DNA of 64,000 nucleotides from a virus (Duplodnaviria; Caudoviricetes): IMG/VR virus record IMGVR_UViG_3300032167_003270, positions 32,001 to 96,000 of that record; one strand, 5' to 3'. Shown piece by piece: positions 20,481 to 30,553 of this stretch (position 1 is its first letter; each line of letters starts with the position of its first letter). The notes under the pieces were generated by a model. It saw only the letters and a program-made list of their open reading frames with translations, ran no database searches and was not told where the DNA came from. The position numbers and the translations under genes were made by a program.

Positions 20481-20888
20481 TTAATTATATAAATACTCAT
20501 AAATTTCTAATGCAGTCATTTCTTTTTCTTCTCCATTAACACGACACTTAATAATATCGTCTTCTTTAAATTCTCGACCAGTAACCCAAATTTTACCTGT
20601 ATATTCGGTTGGTTGATAATCTGCTACATCATTAAGTCCTATTGCCTGCATTTTCTTATTTCTACTATACATTACTGCACGACCAATTCTTAATATTTCA
20701 GCAGCTTCGGCTACTGAATTTGCAACTGCTACTACTCCATTCATACCTTTGAATGGATAAAACTCTGTTTGCTTGAGCTAAATATCAACTAACGCTACGC
20801 TGATTCGGTTGGAATGTTGAATACAGTGGAAAATTACGTTTCGTAAGGTAACACTATTATGCGAAATCAATCCTTTATTAGTTGACAT
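20481..20888 (-). CDS. 11-aa IntC tag fused to C-extein fragment of FtsK-like ATPase B; in-frame TAG at codon 37
   Basis: manual translation from ATG 20888 (RBS AAGGAAAGGAAG): MSTNKGLISHN|SVTLRNVIFHCIQHSNRISVALVDI*LKQTEFYPFKGMNGVVAV..., in frame with ORF 20481-20744; aligns with the paralog at 33091. Confidence 0.8.
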
Positions 20889-20938
20889 AATACATCACTT
20901 CCTTTCCTTGATATAAATTTTATGTAATTATACATAAA

Positions 20939-21850
20939 TCAATATAATATACCAGCACCATATATAGTATATTTATTGTCTTTATACACAATTTCTGGGT
21001 TTGGTATATTTAAAAAGTTATTTTTATTAAAATCATTTTTAGGGTAATTATCTTGTCCTAAAATTAAATCTTTTAATAATTGTTTTTGTTGTTCAAAATC
21101 TTCAAATTCATAAATATGTACTAATCTATATCCATTTTCTTTACATTTTAAAGATTTATTTAAATGATAGTTTTTATCTGTACCTAATTCTATAGAGTGC
21201 CATCTAATTCCATTAAATTCAATAGCAAGTTTTAAATCAGGTAAAACAATATCTAATTCTTGTGGTTTTATTATTTGTCTATCATTTTGAATAATTTGTT
21301 TAAAATAGAAAGATTGTATATATTCAAATAATGATTGTTGTACTAAACTATTATGATATGTATTAGAATAATCTATTATAAGTGGTAAATAATCATTACT
21401 TATAGCAGAATTTTGTTCATTTATTTTTATTTTAGGTAATTTTAAAGTTTTCCACCCTTGTCCATATAAATTATATAGTTTTTTAACGCTAGTACAATTA
21501 TTATCTTTTTCAAATTGTTCTATATTAACATTTCTAGTATTCCAAGCACCATTATTCATTTTACCATTAAATTGTTCTTCACAAGTTTGTTTTGCTTGTG
21601 TTCTATTATTATAAGAACCAAATTTTTCTATAGAACCTTTAGTTTGGCACTCTCTTGAACAATAATGTCTATAACCATAATATAATTTATAAAATTTAGT
21701 TGGTTTACCACACACTTTACAATGTCCATCTGTTTCATCTTTTTTATAAAACATATCATAATATTGAGATAAGGTTATGTTATGTGCAACAGTTAAATGT
21801 TTTCCAATACATTTTGAAAACTCTCTCCCACAAATTTTACATTGTACCAT
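20939..21850 (-). CDS. free-standing homing endonuclease (C2H2 Zn finger plus PD-(D/E)XK/Vsr-like domain)
   Basis: CKIC...HLTVAH, CKVCGKPTKF...YCS, ELDIVLPDLKLAIEFNGIRWH. Confidence 0.8.
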   Translation of the reverse strand: MVQCKICGREFSKCIGKHLTVAHNITLSQYYDMFYKKDETDGHCKVCGKPTKFYKLYYGYRHYCSRECQTKGSIEKFGSYNNRTQAKQTCEEQFNGKMNNGAWNTRNVNIEQFEKDNNCTSVKKLYNLYGQGWKTLKLPKIKINEQNSAISNDYLPLIIDYSNTYHNSLVQQSLFEYIQSFYFKQIIQNDRQIIKPQELDIVLPDLKLAIEFNGIRWHSIELGTDKNYHLNKSLKCKENGYRLVHIYEFEDFEQQKQLLKDLILGQDNYPKNDFNKNNFLNIPNPEIVYKDNKYTIYGAGILY

Positions 21851-21855
21851 TCAAA

Positions 21856-22569
21856 TTACCCCCATAAAGAAGTATTGATTTTTCTAATACCTTTATATAG
21901 AGCGTTATTACCTGTAAAATAAGCCCAAAATTTAGTACCATAATCATAATGCCACCATTCTGACGGTAAATTTGTAAAACCAACAGAAATCATAGCATTA
22001 TATAATAAGCGTCTATTTTTCATTATAGTTTCGTTATTCGCACCAAATTCATAATTAGGTTCAAAATGGTTTGTCCAACATTTAGGACCAAATTCATCAA
22101 ATTTAGTACCCATATCTAATTCATTACCATTTTCATCAATAATAGTTAAATCTATTGCACCACCTGTATTATGTAAAGATGGTCTTTTCATATTATAACT
22201 AGGTTTACTTATATAAAAAGATGTTAAATATTCTAATTCTTCATTAGATTTATTTGGATTTTCTTCTTTTATTTTATTAAAATACTCATCCCATAATGAT
22301 TGTTGTACTTCTACAGGTCGCCAACCGTCATAAATAAGAAATTTATAACCATTAGGTAATAAAGATTCTGCTTTCTTTAATCTATCTACCAAAGATATTC
22401 TGACATAACAATCATTTAAAGCATTTGGATAACCTTGTTCATAATACATAGGTTTACATTTAAAACCTGCATTAGATAAACTTACGATTAAATCAGAACT
22501 ATAATTTATATCATAATCTTTTATAGATGGCATCTCTATTGTTGGTATTGGTTTATTCAAATCAATCAT
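21856..22569 (-). CDS. vanX: D-Ala-D-Ala dipeptidase (VanX/M15D family)
   Basis: IYDGWRP, SLHNTGGAIDLT, LDMGTKFDEF, EWWHYDYG. Confidence 0.9.
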   Translation of the reverse strand: MIDLNKPIPTIEMPSIKDYDINYSSDLIVSLSNAGFKCKPMYYEQGYPNALNDCYVRISLVDRLKKAESLLPNGYKFLIYDGWRPVEVQQSLWDEYFNKIKEENPNKSNEELEYLTSFYISKPSYNMKRPSLHNTGGAIDLTIIDENGNELDMGTKFDEFGPKCWTNHFEPNYEFGANNETIMKNRRLLYNAMISVGFTNLPSEWWHYDYGTKFWAYFTGNNALYKGIRKINTSLWG

Positions 22570-22639
22570 AAAATTTCCCTCCTACTAATAATAAAAGACT
22601 TATCTATTAGATAAGCCTTTCTTATAATTAAATAGTTCT

Positions 22640-22918
22640 TTATTTATTATCTCGGTTTTTACCTATATGCCAACCATCACAAAAGATACATTTATAAATA
22701 CTGAAATGTTTACCAGTCTTCTTTTCCATCTTTGTTGCTGCTTTGGTAGCAGATTCTATTGATGAATAAGATATTTTTGGTTCATTTGTATGTTGATTTA
22801 TATGAGAATTAATACTAAATAAACCCCACGCATTTCTTGTAATGAAAAAATTCTTAAATGCTCTTTTTAGTGGTAATTGACTTTTTAAACCTAAATATAA
22901 ATTTTTCATTTTTATCAT
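22640..22918 (-). CDS. small Zn-binding phage-type protein
   Basis: YKCIFCDGWHIG motif. Confidence 0.6.
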   Translation of the reverse strand: MIKMKNLYLGLKSQLPLKRAFKNFFITRNAWGLFSINSHINQHTNEPKISYSSIESATKAATKMEKKTGKHFSIYKCIFCDGWHIGKNRDNK

Positions 22919-23042
22919 AATTTACTTACTCCTTATTCAACATTATTTACTCGAAGAGTTGTTTCTAATGTTACATTTTTTAATTCACAAAATGGTTTTA
23001 ATGGTACATCTTGAATATCTTTACTTAAAATATATTCTCTAG

Positions 23043-23200
23043 GTGAACTACACACGAAGCTAAAGATTCGGTGCTTCTTGCTTCAACCTCTACTGCACTA
23101 TCCAACCGAAAGGTTATTTAGTGTCTTACACAAAGTCCACAAGCGTATAAGTTTGGCTAGTTCCTAACCTACTATATTTAGGATTTAGGCTACAGTAAGC
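23043..23200 (-). ncRNA. putative TnpB omegaRNA scaffold / IS right end
   Basis: relatively GC-rich structured region (AACC-TTTC-GGTT hairpin, subterminal hairpin) between the tnpB stop and the TTCAC end. Confidence 0.6.
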
Positions 23201-24285
23201 AATCTAAGTCCTTCTTTTTTTATATTCAGAGCTGCGTTTGTATCTCTGTCGTTCTTATATCCACAATCACATACAAACTGCCTGGTAAGTAAATTCTTCA
23301 TCTCTTTATGTTGTTTACCACAGGAATAGCACAACTGACTACTAGGATACCATTTATCTACTTTCACAAAGTATTTGCCCCTGTCTGCAAGTTTATATTC
23401 TAACATTGTAAGAAATAAACCGTACCCATTGTCTAAAGTTGACTTACCATTACCAAAGCCTTTATTAGACATATTTTTCATATTTAATGTTTCTACACAA
23501 ACTATATCATACTGATTGGCTATCTCAGTTGATTTTTTATGTAGAAAATCAAGTCTTTGGTTTGCTGTATGCTTCTGTAACTTTGCCACTTTTAGTCTTG
23601 CCTTATTGCGATTATTAGAGCCTATCTCTTTGCGAGATAACTGTCTTTGTAATCTAGCAAGTTTCTTTTGTGATTTTCTGTAATACTTTGGACTGCCACA
23701 GACATTACCATTACTATCTGCATATAATCCATCTGATTTGTAATCTAAACCGATAACACTATCTGATACAAGCACTTTTGTTATTACTTTGGTAAACTCA
23801 AATAATACTGATACATAATATTTACCGTCATTATCCTGTGATATGGTTGCTGATTTGATTTTCCAATCTGTATTAGGGTTTCTATGTATCTTTGCTTTTA
23901 CAATACCTATCTTTGGTAATTTAATACCATTACCAATAATAGAAATCGTACCATTTTGATTATTGGTTGTATAAGTCTTTCTACTATGTTTTTCTGATTT
24001 GAATTTCGGAAAACCTATCTTCTTATCACGAAAAAAGTTTTTATAAGCTGTCTGTAAGTGCATTTGCACATTTACAAGTGATAAACTATCTACTTCTTTC
24101 AAGTATGTATATTCTTTTTTATACTGTGCAGGTGTAGTTTGTAGCATTTCTTTGGTCAATTTATAATGCTCAATTTTATCGTTGAGCATTAAGTTCCATA
24201 TCTTACGACAACAACCAAAAGTCTTGGCAAACATTTCCTCTTGTTCTTTTGTTGGATATAATCTATATTTGATTGATTTGTACAT
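23185..24285 (-). CDS. tnpB: TnpB RNA-guided endonuclease
   Basis: KYRLYPT HTH; RuvC GLDYKS / VCVETL / DRDTNAALN; Zn finger CYSC...CDC. Confidence 0.95.
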   Translation of the reverse strand: MYKSIKYRLYPTKEQEEMFAKTFGCCRKIWNLMLNDKIEHYKLTKEMLQTTPAQYKKEYTYLKEVDSLSLVNVQMHLQTAYKNFFRDKKIGFPKFKSEKHSRKTYTTNNQNGTISIIGNGIKLPKIGIVKAKIHRNPNTDWKIKSATISQDNDGKYYVSVLFEFTKVITKVLVSDSVIGLDYKSDGLYADSNGNVCGSPKYYRKSQKKLARLQRQLSRKEIGSNNRNKARLKVAKLQKHTANQRLDFLHKKSTEIANQYDIVCVETLNMKNMSNKGFGNGKSTLDNGYGLFLTMLEYKLADRGKYFVKVDKWYPSSQLCYSCGKQHKEMKNLLTRQFVCDCGYKNDRDTNAALNIKKEGLRLLTVA

Positions 24286-24295
24286 ACTACACCTC

Positions 24296-24700
24296 TTATC
24301 CTTGATTTTCTATATATTCCTTTAGTGTCTTTTCACTTACATTTCCAACTGAACAAATAAAATAACTATCTGTAAAGAATGTTTTTTCTTTCCAAAAACA
24401 TTTGCATAAGTAAGCAAAGTATTTTCCCCATATATGATAAGTAATATAACCTTTCATAGTCATAACAAAATTTGATAAATTTATATTAGGTCTAGTTTCT
24501 ATTATATAGTGTATATGGTCTTTGTCTGTTTCCATATATTTGATATTTACTTTGTGTTTATTACATATCTCTGTTGATAATCGTTTTATATCATTTGCTA
24601 TATTTTGATTAACTAATAGTTTCTTTCTGTATTTACATACAAATATCAAATGATACTATAATAAATATTTATTATGACTTGTTGATTTTCATTCACTCAT
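24296..24700 (-). pseudogene. tnpA: IS200-type Y1 transposase TnpA with two early nonsense codons
   Basis: MSE*KSTSHNKYLL*YHLIFVCKYRKK; HUH DHIH and YIENQ retained. Confidence 0.85.
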
Positions 24701-24764
24701 AGAATTACACCCCCTATGGGGAATAGAATAATTTAACCTTATTATAACATAATATGATATTTTT

Positions 24765-24793
24765 ATTATATCATTATAAACTAAATTTGTAAA
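24765..24793 (-). promoter_or_regulatory. sigma-A type promoter
   Basis: TTTACA-17 nt-TATAAT. Confidence 0.65.
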
Positions 24794-24808
24794 CAAAAAT
24801 TTATAAAA

Positions 24809-25033
24809 TTAATAATTATCACTATAATCCAACAAAAAGCAATTATTATGTTTAGCAACAATATATAATCCATCTCCAACATAATCCATATGTTGTTCAT
24901 AACAATTATTTATTCTGTCATAATCTTTATGAGTAGGACTAATTACTGTAGTGCAATTCATATTTATAATTCTTGAAATCCAATCTTCAATACTCATAGT
25001 AGTATTAAAAAAATCTAGCACTTTCAGAATCAA
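24809..25033 (-). CDS. hypothetical protein
   Basis: 74 aa ORF, start uncertain. Confidence 0.45.
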   Translation of the reverse strand: MILKVLDFFNTTMSIEDWISRIINMNCTTVISPTHKDYDRINNCYEQHMDYVGDGLYIVAKHNNCFLLDYSDNY

Positions 25034-25192
25034 TTAAACTGTCAATATATAATAAATATAATTCAGGATATTCTCCTTTATATATTTTATTAAATTTATT
25101 ATGAACTAATAATTTAATTTCATCGTAATCTAATAATAAAGTTACTTCTACCATATATATTCAACTCCTTATACACACAAAATTTGAGATAA

Positions 25193-25528
25193 TTAGCAAT
25201 ATTTTCTTCTATAATTCATTTGCCATTTTCCAAAATATTCTAATTTATCTTCATTAGGTCTAAACCTAATATAAGCACTCTCACTACCTAATTTAATCAT
25301 ATCATCTCTACACTCAATAACTGAAACTTCTGTTAATAAATCAAGCACTTGTTCTCTTTGATTATCTTCATAACCTAAATCTTTACATAAATCTTCTTGA
25401 GATTTAGTGTCTAATAAATCATAAAAATTCTTACAAATAGAATACTTATCAAACATATCTTTAAATTCTAATTGTTTTATAAGTTGTGAATAATTACTTA
25501 ACGGTTTAAACTCTTTATTTAATATCAT
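25193..25528 (-). CDS. hypothetical protein
   Basis: 111 aa, GGGGG RBS. Confidence 0.65.
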   Translation of the reverse strand: MILNKEFKPLSNYSQLIKQLEFKDMFDKYSICKNFYDLLDTKSQEDLCKDLGYEDNQREQVLDLLTEVSVIECRDDMIKLGSESAYIRFRPNEDKLEYFGKWQMNYRRKYC

Positions 25529-25582
25529 TTTAAAATCCCCCTTTTAAAAAAGGCATATCCTATATAAGAATATGCCTATAAA

Positions 25583-26623
25583 TTATGCTATTTTTCTTTT
25601 ACCACTTGTTTTAAATGATAATTTATTATCTTTTACGATAATTGTAATAGTTGAAACATTCATATCTGGTGCATCAAACATTAAATCATTCATTGACTCT
25701 TCAATAATTGATTTTAAGCCCCTAGCACCGATTTTTCTTGAATATGCCTCGTGTGCAATATATGTAATTGCATCATCCGACCATTTTAATGTAATATCAT
25801 CTAATTCTAATAAATCGGTATATTGCTTTACAATAGAATTTTCAACATTAGTTAAGATTTGTTTTAAATCATCTTCTGTTAATTCTTTTAATTCAGCAAT
25901 AACTGGTAATCTACCTGCTAATTCAGGAATAATTCCCTGTTTAATAATAGACTTTGTATCTATTTTAGAATCAATTTCTTCGGTTGGTTCAAAATTACCA
26001 AATCCAATAGTTTTTGTAGATTTCTTTTCTTTTGACATAGTTAAATTCTCAAAAGCACCACCACAAATAAATAGTATATTAGAAGTATCAATTCTAATTC
26101 TTTCTCCTAATGGATGTTTTCTTCCACCAGTTTCAGGAACATCAACTTCTGAACCCTCAATAATTTTAAGTAATGCTTGTTGAACACCCTCACCAGATAC
26201 ATCTCTAGTAATAGACATATTTTCAGATTTTCTAGCAATTTTATCCAATTCATCAATATAAATAATTCCAATCTCTGCCTCTTCTACATCCATATCAGCA
26301 GTTTGAATAAGTCTTAATAACATATTTTCTACATCATCTCCAACATATCCTGCCTCTGTTACAGTAGTAGCGTCACAAATACAGAAAGGAACTTGTACAA
26401 TTTCAGATATTGCCCTAGCAATTTCTGTCTTACCACAACCTGTTGGACCAACTAATAATATATTTGATTTCTTAATATCAGTTCTACCATAGAAAATTCT
26501 CTTATAGTGGTTATATACTGCTACTGATACAATTTTCTTTGCCTCTTCTTGTCCAATAACCCTTGTATCTAAAAATTCCTTAATTTCTCTAGGTGTTGGA
26601 ATCCATTTTTTCATATCTGCCAT
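25583..26623 (-). CDS. clpX: ClpX AAA+ unfoldase lacking the N-terminal zinc-binding domain
   Basis: [54 protein letters not shown] loop. Confidence 0.95.
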   Translation of the reverse strand: MADMKKWIPTPREIKEFLDTRVIGQEEAKKIVSVAVYNHYKRIFYGRTDIKKSNILLVGPTGCGKTEIARAISEIVQVPFCICDATTVTEAGYVGDDVENMLLRLIQTADMDVEEAEIGIIYIDELDKIARKSENMSITRDVSGEGVQQALLKIIEGSEVDVPETGGRKHPLGERIRIDTSNILFICGGAFENLTMSKEKKSTKTIGFGNFEPTEEIDSKIDTKSIIKQGIIPELAGRLPVIAELKELTEDDLKQILTNVENSIVKQYTDLLELDDITLKWSDDAITYIAHEAYSRKIGARGLKSIIEESMNDLMFDAPDMNVSTITIIVKDNKLSFKTSGKRKIA

Positions 26624-26658
26624 ATTTATTTACTCTCCTATTTCGTATTGTATGTTTT

Positions 26659-26687
26659 ATTATACGAACATTTTATAATTTTGTAAA
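26659..26687 (-). promoter_or_regulatory. sigma-A type promoter of clpX
   Basis: TTTACA-17 nt-TATAAT. Confidence 0.7.
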
Positions 26688-26707
26688 TAGGCTTATTTAA
26701 AATTATA

Positions 26708-27241
26708 CTAAATATCATAATCGTCTACTTCTTCTCCATAAAGACTTTCAATACCAATAATTTCGGTATAACCTTTTTCTTTAAAAAGTTTCATTAACTT
26801 TTCTTTTGCTTTGGTTATAGTAACACTACCTGCATCTTTCTTTAATGGTGCTAATGGTCCATCATAAGGAATCCAATAAGGATATTCTGCTGGAGAATAA
26901 CGAGTTGCTGGACTATATCCACCCTCCCATTCAATATGGGCATATACTTCAACTGATAAACAAATACTATAATCATCAAGGTCAAATACTTCAATTTCGG
27001 TTATCTTATCATCAGCAAATAATTCCAATATGATGTTATAAAATTCGTCTTCACTTGTAATTTTTTCAAGTATAGTTTCAATTTGACTATCTTTTACATC
27101 ATCTCTCCATTCAGGAATAACTCTAACAAGTTGATGACCCCAAGCAATACTAGGTGTATCATCTCTGTCGTCATAATAATCATAATAATAATCATTAGAC
27201 GAACTATTTGTTTCAAATATGCCATTTCTAATTCTAAACAT
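26708..27241 (-). CDS. hypothetical protein with N-terminal IRxGxFETNSSS motif
   Basis: MFRIRNGIFETNSSS. Confidence 0.7.
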   Translation of the reverse strand: MFRIRNGIFETNSSSNDYYYDYYDDRDDTPSIAWGHQLVRVIPEWRDDVKDSQIETILEKITSEDEFYNIILELFADDKITEIEVFDLDDYSICLSVEVYAHIEWEGGYSPATRYSPAEYPYWIPYDGPLAPLKKDAGSVTITKAKEKLMKLFKEKGYTEIIGIESLYGEEVDDYDI

Positions 27242-27254
27242 AATAAATTCCCCC

Positions 27255-27557
27255 TTATCTACTTACAATATCTTCTCTTGGTTTTAATCTAGTATAATCA
27301 CTAAAATCAATTTCGTCTTTTGTTATAATAACAGATAATCCATTATAATTGTCTACCCAATATGTTTGACTATCTGCCTCTGACCAAGTATTAAATTTTG
27401 TTGCCCTATCATAATTAGGTGTTGTATGAATTACCCCATTATCTTCATAGTAAAGATATTCACAACCATTAAATCTATCTTTTACCCAAATAACTAATGG
27501 TTGTGATAATTCTTTATCTTCCCATCTTTTATAATTATTACGCCAACTACCAAACAT
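27255..27557 (-). CDS. hypothetical protein
   Basis: 100 aa, AGGAG RBS. Confidence 0.65.
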   Translation of the reverse strand: MFGSWRNNYKRWEDKELSQPLVIWVKDRFNGCEYLYYEDNGVIHTTPNYDRATKFNTWSEADSQTYWVDNYNGLSVIITKDEIDFSDYTRLKPREDIVSR

Positions 27558-27570
27558 AATTTATTCTCCT

Positions 27571-28491
27571 TTAAAAGTTATAAATGGTTTTTGCAATTTC
27601 TCTTACTTTATGGAACATAGTATCTAATGTATCATTTTCTTCAATAGGAAAGATATGTTCTGTTTCCATAGAAGAAATAGCATAGGTTTTATTTACAGCG
27701 TCAACAAAGAATGTAAATTCTCCCTCTTCTCCCATATGATAAATAGCCCATTTATCTTCTCCTACTCTTTCTCTAATACATAAATGGTCATTTGCTAAAT
27801 TATCAAAACCAAATCCACAGAAATTAGATTTATAATCATATAAATGTTCTTTTAAATAAGCAATATTATTATCTACATCTTCTTTATGTGCTTTATAATA
27901 ATCTAAACCCCTACCTTTATGTTTAAATCCTAAAATGAGTAATTTAATATCATTATTAGCAAGATTTTCTAAATCTTCTTTTGTTAAACAACCATCAATA
28001 GTATGTACTACAACATTTTTAAGTTGTTTAATTGCGTCTAGGAATTTCTTATCTTTTGAATTAACTAATGATATACCAATTCCCCAAACTAATTTTCTTT
28101 CTTGCCAATCTTTTAATTTATCTATATTAGAAATTAAATGTAATTGATTGATAGTAGTATTTACAAATACACCCTTATCTCTCATTCTAATTAAGAAATT
28201 CTCTAAATCAGGATGTGATAAATCATTTACATTGATAGCAAGTTCTGTTCCTTTATGAACAGTATCAAAAAATGGTTGGTTTAAATCAGCGTGTGGTTTT
28301 GTTTCATCACAAGATAAATAACAATATTGACAATTTCCAGAACATTTTTCAGTAATACAACAATCAATGCTTTCTGCAAATGACGGTGTGAAATTATCTA
28401 AATTATTCATTTTGATTTTTGTACCGTCTTCATATAATTTAACTGTATAATTTCCATTTTTATAGTTTGCAATTAACTCTTTTCTTTTCAT
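27571..28491 (-). CDS. radical SAM protein
   Basis: CSGNCQYC motif; start placed at MKRKEL (28491) after GAAAGGA RBS. Confidence 0.85.
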   Translation of the reverse strand: MKRKELIANYKNGNYTVKLYEDGTKIKMNNLDNFTPSFAESIDCCITEKCSGNCQYCYLSCDETKPHADLNQPFFDTVHKGTELAINVNDLSHPDLENFLIRMRDKGVFVNTTINQLHLISNIDKLKDWQERKLVWGIGISLVNSKDKKFLDAIKQLKNVVVHTIDGCLTKEDLENLANNDIKLLILGFKHKGRGLDYYKAHKEDVDNNIAYLKEHLYDYKSNFCGFGFDNLANDHLCIRERVGEDKWAIYHMGEEGEFTFFVDAVNKTYAISSMETEHIFPIEENDTLDTMFHKVREIAKTIYNF

Positions 28492-28507
28492 AAAATAAAT
28501 TCCTTTC

Positions 28508-28837
28508 TCATCTACAACAATAACAGCGATTTTTACTGAAATTCGCATTTTTATTGTGATATTTTTGTTTTCCACTCTTTTTAACTAAAATACAATTTAA
28601 TTTGTATAAATATATTTCATCATCTGTAAGTCTAATTAAACTTATTAATAAATATTTAGGTATATCATAAGGACATTTCTTATTTTCTAATAAAGAAATT
28701 ATCCACAAACAAGTGTCATAATTGTGTATATGTGTATGGGCAAAATTATCCATATCACTATTTTGTATTAAATATCCGTCATCAGTTTCATATATTATAT
28801 AATTATTCTGTTTGTGGATTTCTTTCATATAAAACAC
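28508..28837 (-). CDS. hypothetical protein
   Basis: 109 aa, HTH tripeptide and YLLISLIRL segment. Confidence 0.6.
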   Translation of the reverse strand: MFYMKEIHKQNNYIIYETDDGYLIQNSDMDNFAHTHIHNYDTCLWIISLLENKKCPYDIPKYLLISLIRLTDDEIYLYKLNCILVKKSGKQKYHNKNANFSKNRCYCCR

Positions 28838-28850
28838 CCCTTAATAAATT

Positions 28851-29150
28851 TTAATCTGTTGTGTCTAAATAATAAGTTAATTCTTCGTCTTTTAAAGTAT
28901 CTAAAGCATAATTTCTTGATTTATAATATAATTTCTCATAAAGTCTTGATACTTCTTCATTTTTATTTTCATAATGTTGCCAACATTTCCAATTTACTAC
29001 AATAACTAATTCTGTTAAATAAATATAATTATCTTTCCACTCTTTAAATGCTCTTTCATAAGTATCTTCAATAGCACTTATTCCAAATTTATCAGCAATA
29101 GAAAAATCTTGCCAAAAGGTTGTTTGCATTTCATAGCCATTTATAGTCAT
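28851..29150 (-). CDS. phage-type hypothetical protein
   Basis: TTFWQDFSIADKFG...AFKEWK. Confidence 0.7.
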   Translation of the reverse strand: MTINGYEMQTTFWQDFSIADKFGISAIEDTYERAFKEWKDNYIYLTELVIVVNWKCWQHYENKNEEVSRLYEKLYYKSRNYALDTLKDEELTYYLDTTD

Positions 29151-29165
29151 TTTGAAAGCCCCCCT

Positions 29166-29411
29166 TTATTTAATTTCTAAAATATCATATAAGTTGTTAA
29201 TCTTATCTTTTATATTTTGTGCTGATTTAATCAAATCTTCATCACATCTATATTTTATTATAGATAAAATATCAAATTTATCTTGCTTTGTACTATTTGG
29301 ATAATATTCTTCTTGAATATCTTCTAAACAATATGTTGCGTGTTCTTTAATACTCTCAAGAATATTTATAATAGATTCTATTTCCTTTTTTTCATTTTCA
29401 TTAAATTCCAT
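29166..29411 (-). CDS. hypothetical protein
   Basis: 81 aa, GGAGG RBS. Confidence 0.6.
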   Translation of the reverse strand: MEFNENEKKEIESIINILESIKEHATYCLEDIQEEYYPNSTKQDKFDILSIIKYRCDEDLIKSAQNIKDKINNLYDILEIK

Positions 29412-29425
29412 AATAAAATACCTCC

Positions 29426-29617
29426 TTAATCTCCTTTTGCATATTCTAATGAAGAATAAGCACTTGAAACAAAGTTTTCAGTTACTTTAAAATAATCATT
29501 ATAACCCATATGTTCTGTATATATAATTATTCCGTCTTCAATATCCCAAGTTTTTAATATAGGACTTTCTGGATATATTTTTTTAAATAATCTTAAACAA
29601 GCGTCTTTCTGTACCAT
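29426..29617 (-). CDS. hypothetical protein
   Basis: 63 aa, AGGAG RBS. Confidence 0.55.
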   Translation of the reverse strand: MVQKDACLRLFKKIYPESPILKTWDIEDGIIIYTEHMGYNDYFKVTENFVSSAYSSLEYAKGD

Positions 29618-29780
29618 TTTAATAATCTCCTTTCAATAATAAAGAAATGGACTATGTAATATTTTACACAATCCATTCTATTATAATTAAATAGTTCTTA
29701 ATTAAAAAATTTTTCCCCTATATTTTATATAAGTAATAAAAAAGAAAAATACCTAATATAATACTAGGTATCTTTCTTTT

Positions 29781-29860
29781 TGCAAACATATTATTTTTTT
29801 TTGTAGTATTTATTAGTATATTTTGTTAATATAGATATTCTATATAAAGGTAACTTTTTT
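29781..29860. repeat. dispersed ~80 bp intergenic element, copy 1
   Basis: CAAACATATTATTT..TTGTAGT...TAAAGGTAACTTTTTT shared with 59459-59536. Confidence 0.55.
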
Positions 29861-29891
29861 TAAAAAAATACTACTTTATACATAAATTATA

Positions 29892-30553
29892 TTATTTAGG
29901 CTTAATATTTAATTTAATCTTTGGTTTATCAACATTTCCTTTATCTACATTTAACTTTATTACAGGTGTAGGGGCTTTTACTTCTTTTAATGCCTCTTCT
30001 ACTTTATCTCTTGTAGATTCAGTTTTTGGTTGTACATTGAACATAGCCTCTAAATCAGACATACTAACCTCTGGTTTTATTACATCTGCTTTAGTTGTTG
30101 GTTTTGGTGGCTCTTCTTTCTTTTTATCGTCACCAAACTTAAATATAGGCTCGTCATCATCATTTTTAGGTCTTGTAGGTCTTTCTCTTCTTTCTGATGA
30201 CGGTCTTTCTGATTTTGTAGGTGTTGGTTTTACAACTTCCTCATCAATATCATCTTCATCAAAACCATCTTCATCATCATTTAACTCGTCTTCCTCTAAA
30301 TCTTCTTCCTGTACATCTCCAATTTTATGTTGAGGAACCCATCCTGTATCAATTTCTTCTAATTTAATACCTTTACGCTTACATTGTTCGGTAAATACAG
30401 GATTATTATATGATAACTTTTGAGTGTCATCAAATACCCAATCATCTTCTGGTTGTGTATAATAGGTTTGAGTTTCAATAATTTCGTTGCCCGACCCTAT
30501 AAAGCCTCGCCCCTTTATATGAGGTTTAGCCAAATTACTAATGTCTTTTTCAA
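29892..30553 (-). CDS. exon 2 of FtsK-like ATPase A C-extein gene (GRG motif plus acidic/Pro-rich tail)
   Basis: splicing gives ...GASQLM-F-EKDISNLAKPHIKGRGFIG in frame. Confidence 0.85.

Larger units (their letters stand above)
23043..24720 (-). mobile_element. IS200/IS605-family element (tnpA pseudogene plus tnpB)
   Basis: tnpA-tnpB tandem; structured right end terminating ...GTAGTTCAC at 23043; left boundary uncertain. Confidence 0.85.

Noticed and set aside
23043-24720. IStron (group I intron fused to IS605)
   Set aside because: No group I P/Q/R/S core is visible upstream of tnpA
25074-25155. Tiny ORF MVEVTLLLDYDEIKLLVHNKFNKNI as an IntC
   Set aside because: HN is followed by Lys, not Ser/Thr/Cys, and there is no extein
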